Assembly (NCBI GenBank): GCA_016180645.1
Contig: JACPAV010000004.1
Location: forward strand, 31,544-95,543
Source: Nitrospirota bacterium
Lineage (GTDB): Bacteria > JACPQY01
Length of the DNA: 64,000 nucleotides
Reading direction: 5' to 3'
Of the stretch, positions 16,531-26,446 are shown piece by piece. Under the pieces are notes generated by a model. It did no database searches. It had not been told where the DNA came from and saw nothing but the letters and a program-made list of their open reading frames with translations. The position numbers and the translations under genes were made by a program. Each line of letters begins with the position of its first letter. Position 1 is the stretch's first letter.

Positions 16531-16737
16531 ATGCAGGTCCTCTATGATGCGGCCAAGGATCTTCTCTACATCCGTCTGGATTCACGAAGCCGGGAGGTGG
16601 TCAATCGGCGCGTATCGGAGGATGTCGTGCTGGATGTGACTTCCGACGATCGAATCGTCGGGATCGAGATCATGGATGCCTCGAAGCGCGTGGATCTTGG
16701 CGAGGTTCTGCCGATCGTGTCTCAAACCGCGGCGTAG
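16531..16737 (+). CDS. DUF2283-family protein (antitoxin-like partner)
   Basis: 68 aa, MQVLYDAAKDLLYIRLDSRSREVVNRRVSEDVVLDVTSDDRIVGIEIMDASK. Canonical DUF2283 start, 4 nt after the DUF4258 stop. Confidence 0.55.
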   Translation: MQVLYDAAKDLLYIRLDSRSREVVNRRVSEDVVLDVTSDDRIVGIEIMDASKRVDLGEVLPIVSQTAA

Positions 16738-16861
16738 GCGGCCGTACAACAAAGGTTTAGCGCCGCCTGAAGAAAAACGGCGGCGTCAGGGGCCTTGCAG
16801 CCGCTTGGCTTCCGGGGTTCCAAGGTTTGCAATCGCGGGGCTTTTCTAATACAACGAGCGA

Positions 16862-19800
16862 ATGAAACACATACACCTTGTCCTTGCTCTGCTCTTGCTC
16901 GCGCCCTCCGTGGCGCACGCCAGGAATATCTATGGAACGCACAACCACGGCGATCTCCAATGGTACACCCACGAAACGCAACACTTCGTCATCTACTACC
17001 ACAAGGGGAAATCCAGCTCCGAGTGGACCGCGCGCAAGCTCGCCTCGATGGCGGACCAGGTGTATGACACCGTCACCGACCACTACGCTTACAAGTTCAA
17101 GGAAAAGATCCATCTCGTTGTGCGCGACACCGAGGAGATCGCCAACGGGTGGGCCATCGCTTCACAAGACTGGATGACCATCTGGGGAACGAACCTCTAC
17201 ACCGTCACGCGCGGCCGGAGCGACTGGATCAAGAACGTCTTTCACCATGAGTTCGCCCATATCGTTTCCATCAAGGCGGCCAACCCCTTCAACAAGCATT
17301 TCCCGGGGCTCGCGGTCATCGGATCGCTCGCCGTTCAACAGAAGCTCGGAAAAGACAAGTTCGGCTCTCCCTTGGATTCGCCCGATGAGCTGACCTCCCC
17401 CGTTCCCTCGGACGCCGGATTCGTTTTTCTTTTCCCCGGCGAAATCGTTCCCCCCTGGTATGCGGAAGGCGTCGCCCAATATGCAGCCACCGCCGCGGGC
17501 TTCGAATCGTACGACACCCATCGCGAGATGCTCCTCCGTTCCGCCACACTGGAAAACAACCTCCTCACGCTGGACGAGATGAACACGTTCGACGGCAAGG
17601 GATCTCTCCAAATGGAAATGATCTACAATCAGGGGTTCAACTTCATCGGTTTTGTCTCGGACAAATACCGGAATGACGCCGCCGGCGCCCTGGCGAAGGC
17701 GCAGGGAAAGGGGTGGCACCTCGTGTTCGATTCGCGCTTCCCGAAAATATTCAACAAATCGCGCGCGGTCCTGTACGGCGAGTGGAAGCAGAACCTCCAG
17801 GAGAAATACGGCAAGCTTCAGGCGGAAGTGCAAGCCAACCCCTACGCCGGGGAGGAAGTGGATTTCTTTAAGACCAAGGACGAGAAGGAGCCGGAAAGGC
17901 CGTCGGACTTGCGGCGATTCCGATTCCGCAAGAAGGGGCTCTTGAACCGGTTCGTGCGGTTCTCACCGGACGGAAAATACTTCGGTCTGCTCTCCACGAG
18001 AGGAGCGGATCGATGGGGCACGTCGCTCTACCTCTGCAAGACCAGTCCGGGCCCCGACGAAGAGGCCTGCAGTGAAGTCGAGGACGCGAGCGCGAATTCG
18101 CAGTATGCGTTCTCCCCGGACTCGAAGAAATTGGCCTTCACGACAGAAATTGAAGGCGAACACGGCGAAACGAACGAAATCTTTGTCTACGACATCGAAA
18201 AAGAACGACTGACCATGATGGATGGGAAACGCACCCATGCCCTGACCGCCGAATGGCAGTTCAACAAGAACCGTCCACCCTACCGAGCGGTCGATCTCGA
18301 CTGGTCTCCCGATGGCCAGTGGATCGTCTACACGGAAAACCTCGACGGTCAGAAGAATCTTCGGCTGATCCGGCCGGACGGAACAGCCAAGACGAAACTC
18401 AGCAGTTTCGAGGACGGCACCCAGATCGGCGGCCCCATGTGGGCGGCGGACGGGAAGAGCCTCCTTTTCTATATGTACCACCATGACCAGCAGGACCTGT
18501 GGCTGATGGAAATGAAGACGCTGAAAATGCGCCCGCTGACCTACGATAAGACGGACGACCGCGATCCGATCTTCACCCCCGAGGGAACGGTCATTTTTGC
18601 GTCGGACAGGACCGGCATTTTCAATCTTTATGAGCTCGATCCGAAGACGAACCAGCTCAAGCAGCTCACCAATGTGGTGACGGGCGCGTTCTGGCCGTCG
18701 CTCTCTCCGGACGGCAAGACGATATATTATTCCTACTACACCTCATACGGGTATCGGACCTACAAAATGGACCGGAGCGCCGCGTACAACAAGCCGGTCG
18801 GAAAGCTCGACATTCCCCCGGTCACGATCGGCCGGGAGGAGATGGAAGTGGCGTCGGAGTTCCCCGAACTCCGGAAGAAGCCCTACACGTTCGACGCGAG
18901 GCCCTGGGAGTTCTATCCGGAATTGTCCGCCATCAACCAGGAGATCGACGTCGGAGGGATGTTCTCAATCGGCGACTTCCTCGACCGCCACGAGCTGTCG
19001 CTCTACGGCCGCGTGGGCTTTCCGGACATCGTTCCGTTCTACAGCGCCAATTACAGGCTCAGCCTTTTCTGGCCGGACATCAACATCTCGTATCGCGGCT
19101 TTGTGATATCCGGAGAAGCCTCGCTTCCCTACGTGGACAACGATGGAAACACCCAGCGCGTCACCGTGGAAGACAACTCCGCGGGCGATTTCGGTGGACT
19201 GGATTTGACTTTCCCCCTCCGTCCGAACCACCGGCTCACCACGGGGTATCTGCTGCGAAGGATCTCCGAGTCACTGAAGGGAAACAGCCTGACCAACCAG
19301 ACCTTCTTTGGAAACAATTTGCTGGGCTGGCAATTGGCGCAGGATTCCCTCGCGTACGCGGATGCGTTTGGAGAGCAAAGTTTCTGCTTCGACTACGATG
19401 AAGAGGGCAAGATTGTCGACTTCTCCACGGCCTGCAAACTGGGCAACAGTCAGACCGTCCTCCTGAACCACCAGCTCTCCCTCGGGTACCGTTACGCCTT
19501 CAGCCGGAACATCGTCGACGGCGACGTCAATCCTCGCGGGGGCCGCGATTTCGCCTTCACGTACAGCTACACGCTGGCCCAGATTTCACAGAGCACCAAG
19601 CTGGCCCAGAAGAATTTCCTAGGCCGTTGGCGCTTCTTCCAGGACGGCAACGAACAGGACGTGCTCAAGTCGCCCACGGACGACTACAACTACAACCAGT
19701 TCCTACTGACCTACTCCGAATATCTTGCGAGTCCCATCAAATACATTTCGTCCGCCCTCGAAAGCCTGCGCCACACCTTCATCGCCCGCGTGTACTTCGG

Positions 19801-20362
19801 CCTGAACGACAGGCCCACTCTCGGCTACGACAAGTTCCAGGCGGGTGGCCGCCTTCCTCTTTTCAGTGGAAATCTCTTCAGCCCGGTGTTCCCCCTTTAT
19901 GGATACGAGGATGGCTCGGTCACGGGCGACATGCTGGCGATCCTGAACGCGGAATACCGATTCCCACTCGCCCGGGAGATCAACGCTCAGGCGGGGCCCT
20001 TCTACTTTGAGAGCCTGTACGGCTCGTTCCTCTTCGACATCGGCAACGCGTACGACCTAAAGAAGTCCTATTCGCCGGTTTTCGACAGCAACGGCGACGG
20101 CTCGGCTTTCAACGACCTCCTGACGGACGTGGGCTTCTTCCTGAACTTGAAATCCTACATCTTCCATGGCCGGCCCTGGTTCAGCATGCTCGGCGTGGCC
20201 AAGGGTCTTTCGGACAACCAGGGCGACAGTCTGAGTTTGGGGTGCGACACGGAGGATTGCTCGGACCTCGTCGACCAGGAGCGGGGCACATTGAACTGGA
20301 AGCGGATTTCCAAGCCGGAAGCCGCCCTACGTGTGTACCTCGGCTTGGGCGTAAGCTTTTAG
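16862..20362 (+). CDS. Large outer-membrane protein: HExxH (putative Zn-peptidase-like) domain + PD40/TolB-like beta-propeller + C-terminal beta-barrel (paralog 1)
   Basis: Signal peptide MKHIHLVLALLLLAPSVAHA. HHEFAHIVS at ~aa 130. PD40-type repeats (DWSPDGQWIVYTENLDGQKNLRLIRPDGT, FTPEGTVIFASDRTGIFNLYELD, SLSPDGKTIYYS). The last ~500 aa have alternating amphipathic strands ending ...LRVYLGLGVSF, a C-terminal Phe typical of OMP barrels. Confidence 0.65.
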   Translation: MKHIHLVLALLLLAPSVAHARNIYGTHNHGDLQWYTHETQHFVIYYHKGKSSSEWTARKLASMADQVYDTVTDHYAYKFKEKIHLVVRDTEEIANGWAIASQDWMTIWGTNLYTVTRGRSDWIKNVFHHEFAHIVSIKAANPFNKHFPGLAVIGSLAVQQKLGKDKFGSPLDSPDELTSPVPSDAGFVFLFPGEIVPPWYAEGVAQYAATAAGFESYDTHREMLLRSATLENNLLTLDEMNTFDGKGSLQMEMIYNQGFNFIGFVSDKYRNDAAGALAKAQGKGWHLVFDSRFPKIFNKSRAVLYGEWKQNLQEKYGKLQAEVQANPYAGEEVDFFKTKDEKEPERPSDLRRFRFRKKGLLNRFVRFSPDGKYFGLLSTRGADRWGTSLYLCKTSPGPDEEACSEVEDASANSQYAFSPDSKKLAFTTEIEGEHGETNEIFVYDIEKERLTMMDGKRTHALTAEWQFNKNRPPYRAVDLDWSPDGQWIVYTENLDGQKNLRLIRPDGTAKTKLSSFEDGTQIGGPMWAADGKSLLFYMYHHDQQDLWLMEMKTLKMRPLTYDKTDDRDPIFTPEGTVIFASDRTGIFNLYELDPKTNQLKQLTNVVTGAFWPSLSPDGKTIYYSYYTSYGYRTYKMDRSAAYNKPVGKLDIPPVTIGREEMEVASEFPELRKKPYTFDARPWEFYPELSAINQEIDVGGMFSIGDFLDRHELSLYGRVGFPDIVPFYSANYRLSLFWPDINISYRGFVISGEASLPYVDNDGNTQRVTVEDNSAGDFGGLDLTFPLRPNHRLTTGYLLRRISESLKGNSLTNQTFFGNNLLGWQLAQDSLAYADAFGEQSFCFDYDEEGKIVDFSTACKLGNSQTVLLNHQLSLGYRYAFSRNIVDGDVNPRGGRDFAFTYSYTLAQISQSTKLAQKNFLGRWRFFQDGNEQDVLKSPTDDYNYNQFLLTYSEYLASPIKYISSALESLRHTFIARVYFGLNDRPTLGYDKFQAGGRLPLFSGNLFSPVFPLYGYEDGSVTGDMLAILNAEYRFPLAREINAQAGPFYFESLYGSFLFDIGNAYDLKKSYSPVFDSNGDGSAFNDLLTDVGFFLNLKSYIFHGRPWFSMLGVAKGLSDNQGDSLSLGCDTEDCSDLVDQERGTLNWKRISKPEAALRVYLGLGVSF

Positions 20363-20410
20363 CCTGAGTACAAACGCCGAAGGCATCGCCGGGGGCCTGC
20401 TCGGAGCCGG

Positions 20411-23400
20411 GTGGTTCGTATGTTGAGGGCCGTCCTTCTAGTGGCGTTCTTCCTATCCGCCGTCGCATCCAGCGCCGCGGCCGACCCAATCCACCCTTAC
20501 GTCCGCGGGCTGGAGGAGCCTGAGCTGGGAGCGGCACGGAAGGGCTGGCCGGGGGGAAGCGCCTACAACTACCCGCACCTCGATTGGCACACCATCGAGA
20601 CCGCGCACTTCTACATCCACTACCACACGGGCGCCGAATGGACCGCCCGGAAGATCGCCGCGATCGCGGATACCACCTATGATCTCATCACCGCCGCCTA
20701 CGATCACCGGCTCAAGCAGAAAGTGCACGTGGTCGTGCGGGACGTCGAAGAAGTCTCCAATGGGTGGGCCAGCTACTCGCAGAAGTGGATCACGATTTGG
20801 GCGACGAGCCTGTACCATCCGCTCCGGGGCCGCCATTACTGGATCGACAACGTGTTCCCGCACGAGTTCGCCCACATCGTCTCGCTCGATGCCGCGGACG
20901 CTTTCTCACCCCACCTCGATGGCGTCCAGTTCGTCGGCTTGCAGGATTGGAGCCAGAGGCTCGGCGAAGAGTTCGATGGGTCCGACGCCCGGACCTCGAA
21001 AGTGCCGGTCGATCTCGGCGGCTCCTTCTTCTTCATGGGCGAGGCCGTTCCACCGTGGTTCGCCGAAGGGATCGCCCAGTATCACGATACCGTCACGGCC
21101 GGTTTTGAGCGGTGGGACACGCACCGCGACATGTTTCTCCGCATGGTCGTGCTGGAAAACAACCTGCTCACGCTGGACGAGATGGGCACGTTCACCGGCC
21201 GCAACTCCTTGCAGGCCGAACAGGTGTACAACCAGGGCTTCTCGTTCGTCACTTTCCTGGCCGAAAAGTTCCAAGCCCCAAACAGCCTGGACGCCAATGC
21301 GCGGATCGCAAAACGCAACGGCCGCTCGCTCCACCTCTTTTTCAGCGACGCCGTGCGCCAGGCACTCCGAAAAGACATCCACCGGCTGTATGACGAATGG
21401 AAATCGATGCTGACGGCCCGCTACGAGGGGGCCCGCCGGACTCTCGGCACAAGCACGGAGGGCGAGGAGTTCAATCCGACCGGAAAATCCGAATGGCTCG
21501 ACGCAAAGGGGTTCGAGAAAGGCCTCATGAACCGGCTGGTCAAGGTCTCCCCGGACGGAAAACATCTCAGCTACCTCTCCAGCCGTGGGCGGGACGGCTG
21601 GGGCACTACACTCTATCTCGCCGAACTGAAGAATGGCGCGCCGGTCCCCGGAAAGGATCCTACGGCCCTCGACGTCGGCTCCGCCTACTCTTGGTCTCCC
21701 GACGCGCGCAAGATCGTTCATGTCGCCTCCGTTGCAGAGCCGGGCACGGGCCTGGAGAGTCGGCGATTGATGATCTACGACCTGGAAACCAAGAAGTCGG
21801 AGATGCTCGGGGGCCGCACCCTCTGGACCCTCGGCAGCATCCGCTTCGGCGATCTCCCCACGGCGGGCCAACGCGCGGGCGAGCCGGCATGGTCGCCGGA
21901 CGGCCGCCGGGTCGTGTTCACGGAGAACCGTGACGGGCAGATGAACCTGCGGCTCATCGGGGTGGACGGGGGAGACTTCACGCCTCTGACCGAATTCTCG
22001 GACGGTACACAAACCGGCGGTCCGCAATGGTCGCCGGACGGAAAGACCATCGTCTTTTTCATGTTCCGCAACGGGCAGCAGGACATCTGGCGCCTGGATG
22101 TGGAAACACGCGAACTCACGCCCCTCACGAACGACCGGCACGACGACCGCGATCCGGTTTTCCTGCCGGACGGCAGCGGCATCCTCTTCGCGTCGGATCG
22201 CACGGGGATTTTCAACATCCATCGGATGGACCTCCGGAGCCGCGAGGTAACGCAGGTGACGAATGTTTTGGGAGGGACGTTCTGGCCCTCGATCTCGCCG
22301 GATGGGCATTGGGTACGCTACTCCTCGTTCACCTCCACGGGTTACCGCCTCTTCCAGATCGCCCTCGATCAACGAGTCGAACCCGGCGAGGAAAAAACGA
22401 CGTTCGACACGCAGCAGGGATGGGACCCCCTCACGGTGTCCTCGTTGTCCGCTCACCCGTACCGGGCCGAAATCAGGCCGTTCACCCTTTCGCCGTCCTT
22501 TGAGTATTTCGACGAGCAAGTTCGCGCCGGTCTCGGAATCGACGTGGGCGATTACCTCGCTCGGCACCGTCTTCTCGGTTTCGCCTCCGCGGGGATGCCG
22601 GTCGAGGAAGGCCCCTCCTCGGAGGAGATTGACCAATTCTACGAAGCGGCCTACGTGAACCAGAGCTGGCACATCTCATGGTTGGCCGACTATCGGCGGG
22701 CCCTCATCCGGGAAAGCTTCGGCTCCGGCGAATCGAGCCTGGGCATCCACGAGACGGCGGACTTCCTCGATGTCCAGGCCTTCTACCCTCTGGCCGCCGG
22801 GGGAAGCGGAGGAGCGTTTTCGGGACATACGCTCTCGGCCGGGTATGCGCTCCGTAACGTCCAGGACGCATTTCGGGGCGCTGGGAGCGCCACCCTTCTG
22901 GATGACGTGCTGGCTGCCATGTACCGCCAGATCGGCCTCGAACCGCCCGTGGGGTGTACCGCGGCGGACGTACGGGGTCGGCGGATCCCCGGGCCGGATA
23001 CGGAATGTCTGGGCAACCGGCACAATCTCATCCGAAATCACCAAGGGAGTGCCACGTATGCCTATCGGGTTTCATCCTCGGCCGTGGACGCAGGGATCAA
23101 TCCGCGCGGAGCCAAGGGGCTCTCGGTGACGTATGCCTATACCCGAAGCGAGACCTCCGCGTTTCTGGATGCCGTGAACGCCTTGAACAATCGGGTGGCC
23201 CTGGTCGATGAAGGCCGCAGCATCAGGCGAAGTCCCGCCCCCGAGGGTGACTACCAATTCAATCGTGTCTGGCTCGGCTACGCCCACTTCCTCAAGAGCC
23301 CGATCCGATATCTTCATGAGGATCTGGACCGGCTGCGCCACACACTCTATTACAAGGTATTCGCGGGGCTGACGGACCGACCGGTTTCGGCGGCGGATAA

Positions 23401-23929
23401 ATTCTACGCGGGAGGCCGGCTGGCCTTGTTCTCCAACAGGCTGGTGAATCCGTTCCTCAACCTGCCCGGCTATGAGGACGGACAGGTTCGCGGCGACTCG
23501 CTCCTCCTGGCCACCGTCGGATACCGGTTCCCCGTTCTCCGCCGCATCCACAAATCGATCGGCCCCTTCTATTTCAACAGCGTCTACGGTTCGGTCTTCG
23601 CGGATGCGGGCAATGCATACGACCTGCGGGGCAAGGGGCCCTTCGTTACGAATCTCATTCTGGACAAGAACGGCGATCACACGCTGGGACGGGCGGATGT
23701 GCTGGAGGACGCGGGGGTCGAACTCCTGATGGAGGGCGATCTCTTTCACGTCGAGGGCGCGTGGAACAGTTTCGTTCGCGTGGCGAAGGGGTTTTCGCCC
23801 GTGCCGAACCTCACGCGGGAAGTTCCGAACCTGCTCGATCCCGCCGGCATCGGGATCGCCGGCGAGGAAGGCGTGCGCAGGAAGGAGGCCCCGGTGCGGA
23901 TATATGTCGGCCTGGGGATCGGGTTCTAG
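20411..23929 (+). CDS. Large outer-membrane protein, paralog 2 of the preceding gene (same HExxH + PD40 + beta-barrel architecture)
   Basis: About 50% identical to paralog 1 over the N-region by eye (PHEFAHIVS; WSPDGRRVVFTENRDGQMNLRLIGVDG; ends ...VRIYVGLGIGF). Signal peptide MVRMLRAVLLVAFFLSAVASSAAA. Confidence 0.65.
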   Translation: MVRMLRAVLLVAFFLSAVASSAAADPIHPYVRGLEEPELGAARKGWPGGSAYNYPHLDWHTIETAHFYIHYHTGAEWTARKIAAIADTTYDLITAAYDHRLKQKVHVVVRDVEEVSNGWASYSQKWITIWATSLYHPLRGRHYWIDNVFPHEFAHIVSLDAADAFSPHLDGVQFVGLQDWSQRLGEEFDGSDARTSKVPVDLGGSFFFMGEAVPPWFAEGIAQYHDTVTAGFERWDTHRDMFLRMVVLENNLLTLDEMGTFTGRNSLQAEQVYNQGFSFVTFLAEKFQAPNSLDANARIAKRNGRSLHLFFSDAVRQALRKDIHRLYDEWKSMLTARYEGARRTLGTSTEGEEFNPTGKSEWLDAKGFEKGLMNRLVKVSPDGKHLSYLSSRGRDGWGTTLYLAELKNGAPVPGKDPTALDVGSAYSWSPDARKIVHVASVAEPGTGLESRRLMIYDLETKKSEMLGGRTLWTLGSIRFGDLPTAGQRAGEPAWSPDGRRVVFTENRDGQMNLRLIGVDGGDFTPLTEFSDGTQTGGPQWSPDGKTIVFFMFRNGQQDIWRLDVETRELTPLTNDRHDDRDPVFLPDGSGILFASDRTGIFNIHRMDLRSREVTQVTNVLGGTFWPSISPDGHWVRYSSFTSTGYRLFQIALDQRVEPGEEKTTFDTQQGWDPLTVSSLSAHPYRAEIRPFTLSPSFEYFDEQVRAGLGIDVGDYLARHRLLGFASAGMPVEEGPSSEEIDQFYEAAYVNQSWHISWLADYRRALIRESFGSGESSLGIHETADFLDVQAFYPLAAGGSGGAFSGHTLSAGYALRNVQDAFRGAGSATLLDDVLAAMYRQIGLEPPVGCTAADVRGRRIPGPDTECLGNRHNLIRNHQGSATYAYRVSSSAVDAGINPRGAKGLSVTYAYTRSETSAFLDAVNALNNRVALVDEGRSIRRSPAPEGDYQFNRVWLGYAHFLKSPIRYLHEDLDRLRHTLYYKVFAGLTDRPVSAADKFYAGGRLALFSNRLVNPFLNLPGYEDGQVRGDSLLLATVGYRFPVLRRIHKSIGPFYFNSVYGSVFADAGNAYDLRGKGPFVTNLILDKNGDHTLGRADVLEDAGVELLMEGDLFHVEGAWNSFVRVAKGFSPVPNLTREVPNLLDPAGIGIAGEEGVRRKEAPVRIYVGLGIGF

Positions 23930-25291
23930 ATGGGCACACGCAAATTATTGGCGCCGTTCGTTTGCCTGGTCCTCTGGAGCTGCGCGGAACAGCAAACGAC
24001 GGGACGTTCGACGCGTATCCTTCGTGGAGCCGTGGTCCGCATGGAGGTTCACGGGGCGGCAGGAGGCGAGAGGTTTGGCACAGGCGTCGCCGGTCTTGGG
24101 GATCTTGACGGCGACGGGATCGGCGAGATTGCCGGAGGAGCGCCAGGGGCCGACTTCGACACGGATGCCTGCCCGGACTTGCAGCCCGGCCGTGGGGTCG
24201 TCCGAATCCACAGCGGAAGCGACGGCTCGCTCATGCGTGTTCATTGCGGCGTGGCCCAGAACGAATCGTTTGGAGAGTTCATCCGGGCGGTGGGCGACGC
24301 CGATGGCGACGGCGCCACGGAGTACGCCGTGGCCGCTCCCGGCGCTTCTTCAGATCCTGTGTCCTGCCCGGACTCCATTGTGGGCCGGGGTGTCATCCGG
24401 ATCTACTCGGGCCGCACCGGATCATTCCTACGCGCCCTCTGCGGCTACAGCGCCTACGAGAATCTCACCAATATCGTGGCGGACGTAGGCGACCTGGACG
24501 GAGACGGATTGGCCGATTGGGTCGCCTCGTCTCCTCTTGCCTCCACCCATCCGCAGGCCTGCCCGTTGCGGCCCACGGATCCGGTCCGATGCCCAAGCCC
24601 GAAGATCGGCCAAGCCGACCGCCCCTGCGGCAAGGGATATGTAGAGGGCCGCTCGGGAAAAGACGGACACCCTCTCTTTGCGTCTTGCGGCGCCCGAGCG
24701 GGCGACCTCTATGGATTTTGGGTTGCGCGCGCCGACTCCGGCCTGCTGGGCGGAAGAGAGAAGGACCTCGACGGCGACGGCCTCACGGATCTGTTCGTGG
24801 GGGCTCCCACCGCAACCTGCAAGACTTCGGATGAGGGTACCCAGCCCGAAGGGGTCGTGTTCCTGCTTTCGAGCGCGAATGAATGGGACCGGCCCAGCCG
24901 GTCTTCGGAAAAGATCTGCGGCGACGAGCCGGGCGAGGGTCAGGGAGGGTTCCCGGCGGATACCATCCGGGGGGACCTGGATGGCGACGGGACGCCAGAC
25001 CTGGTCATCGGATCTCCCCTTGCCGACCGCTCTCCGGGAGACTGCGATGCACCCGCGATGGCGGGAGGAGTTCTTCGGGTCATTCTGGGCGGCGGCGCAT
25101 CCGTCCGCGCCACCCTCTGCGGCGCGCAGGGGGAGGCCCTCGGCGCGGGCTACGATTTTCTACCCGTGGGGGATGCGGACCGAAACGGGCAGGACGATCC
25201 GGACCAGTTCGTCGTGGGCGCGCCGGGAGTCGACTCCGATGGGAAAACCAACGCCGGTTCGATCCTGATTTTGGAACTGACTCCGCCGTAG
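23930..25291 (+). CDS. FG-GAP repeat (integrin-alpha-like beta-propeller) lipoprotein
   Basis: ATG abuts the TAG of the preceding gene. Lipobox LVLWSC. Repeated GDLDGDG / GDADGDGATEY / GDLDGDGLADW / LDGDGLTDLFVGAP / GDLDGDGTPDLVIG Ca-binding FG-GAP motifs. Many CP-x-n-G Cys pairs. Confidence 0.65.
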   Translation: MGTRKLLAPFVCLVLWSCAEQQTTGRSTRILRGAVVRMEVHGAAGGERFGTGVAGLGDLDGDGIGEIAGGAPGADFDTDACPDLQPGRGVVRIHSGSDGSLMRVHCGVAQNESFGEFIRAVGDADGDGATEYAVAAPGASSDPVSCPDSIVGRGVIRIYSGRTGSFLRALCGYSAYENLTNIVADVGDLDGDGLADWVASSPLASTHPQACPLRPTDPVRCPSPKIGQADRPCGKGYVEGRSGKDGHPLFASCGARAGDLYGFWVARADSGLLGGREKDLDGDGLTDLFVGAPTATCKTSDEGTQPEGVVFLLSSANEWDRPSRSSEKICGDEPGEGQGGFPADTIRGDLDGDGTPDLVIGSPLADRSPGDCDAPAMAGGVLRVILGGGASVRATLCGAQGEALGAGYDFLPVGDADRNGQDDPDQFVVGAPGVDSDGKTNAGSILILELTPP

Positions 25292-25330
25292 GCGGAATCC
25301 CCTACTCGGCCCCGGCGTGAGTTTCTGATT

Positions 25331-25702
25331 TCAGCCCGCGCGCTTGAGGGAGATGGCGGGCATCCGCTTCAAGGAGTGCGTCTTCGGGTCCACCGCAATC
25401 CCTGTCGATTCCAATGCCGTCACGCCCAGGATCGGATCGACGCCGTCAGGACCGAACACCACGCGTCCTGCCGTAATGTCCCCCATGAATTCGATCACGG
25501 CGGCGCCGAAGTCGAGTTCCTTGACGGTGCCGTCCGCCAGTTCATAGCTCGTTTTCCCGAGGGGTCGAATTCCAATGGCACGAAGTCGCCCGGCCGGGGC
25601 CATGGAGTCTGTGGCGCCGGTGTCAACGAGAAATTCCTCCCGATATTCCTTCTTCGACGTTGTCATGGCTTTCAGAGTGACCGTTACCCGCGTCAGTCCC
25701 AT
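25331..25702 (-). CDS. Retropepsin-like (clan AA) aspartic protease
   Basis: 124 aa from MGLTRVTVTLKAM. Catalytic FLVDTGATDSM (DTG) and a C-terminal ILGVTALESTGIAVD flap/dimer region are present. The ORF-track N-extension is unlikely. Confidence 0.55.
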   Translation of the reverse strand: MGLTRVTVTLKAMTTSKKEYREEFLVDTGATDSMAPAGRLRAIGIRPLGKTSYELADGTVKELDFGAAVIEFMGDITAGRVVFGPDGVDPILGVTALESTGIAVDPKTHSLKRMPAISLKRAG

Positions 25703-25751
25703 TCGGAAAGTATAGCAGAAACAGGCCGACCGGACAGGTGGAAGCGGTCCC

Positions 25752-26342
25752 TCAGAAAACGTAGCGGACGCTGAAGGAACTAAGGAGGCCAAGCGCGTAG
25801 CCGGAGAGGTCGGCCTTGTCCGAACCGGACTTCAGGCTTCCGCTCAGGACGTAACCAAACCGCATCAGGCCCACACCGATGACCGCGTTTTCGGCTGCGG
25901 CGAAATCCACGCCCAGTCCCACATTCAGCTCCGTACTGCTGAGCTCGGCGGATGTCGTGGATTTCCCATCGTTCTGCTCCTGCTCGGTGGACGACCGCTG
26001 GACGCCGATGCTCACATAGGGTTTCGATCTGCTCGAGGGCAGGCCGAGGAGCACGTCGCCGCCAAATGAGGTGGCCGTCTGGTCGGCGTCAGCGGACGTA
26101 TCGCCGATCTCGAAATTCCCCCGTAACAGGCTCATGGCCAGCCCCAGCCGGAGACCGATGTTTTCGCCCCAGTATTGAAAGCTCGGGCCGAGCGTGGCGC
26201 CGGCCGGGCTCAGGATGACTTCGCCGCCGAGCATCGTGCCCTCCACGACCGGTTCGGATTCCTCCTCCGCTTCGGCAGCGTAGACCGGACGAATGAACGC
26301 GGCGATCAGGGAGAGAATCAAAGCAAGTTCAAGCTTGTCCAT
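25752..26342 (-). CDS. Small outer-membrane beta-barrel protein (OmpW/OmpA-like 8-strand family)
   Basis: Start MDKLELALILSLIAAFIRPVYA (signal peptide, RBS GGAGG). Alternating beta-strand pattern and terminal ...LLSSFSVRYVF. Confidence 0.55.
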   Translation of the reverse strand: MDKLELALILSLIAAFIRPVYAAEAEEESEPVVEGTMLGGEVILSPAGATLGPSFQYWGENIGLRLGLAMSLLRGNFEIGDTSADADQTATSFGGDVLLGLPSSRSKPYVSIGVQRSSTEQEQNDGKSTTSAELSSTELNVGLGVDFAAAENAVIGVGLMRFGYVLSGSLKSGSDKADLSGYALGLLSSFSVRYVF

Positions 26343-26446
26343 TATTCCTCCGTGCATCCGAAGGGAAATGGGCCAATGATCAATGGTCCATTCTCAATTG
26401 CCATTTTCCGGAACTGACAATTGATAGCTGAGAATTGAAAATTTCC

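Noticed and set aside
20906-22672. 588-aa minus-strand ORF opposite OMP paralog 2
   Set aside because: Antisense shadow ORF; the sense strand has PD40 and HExxH motifs.
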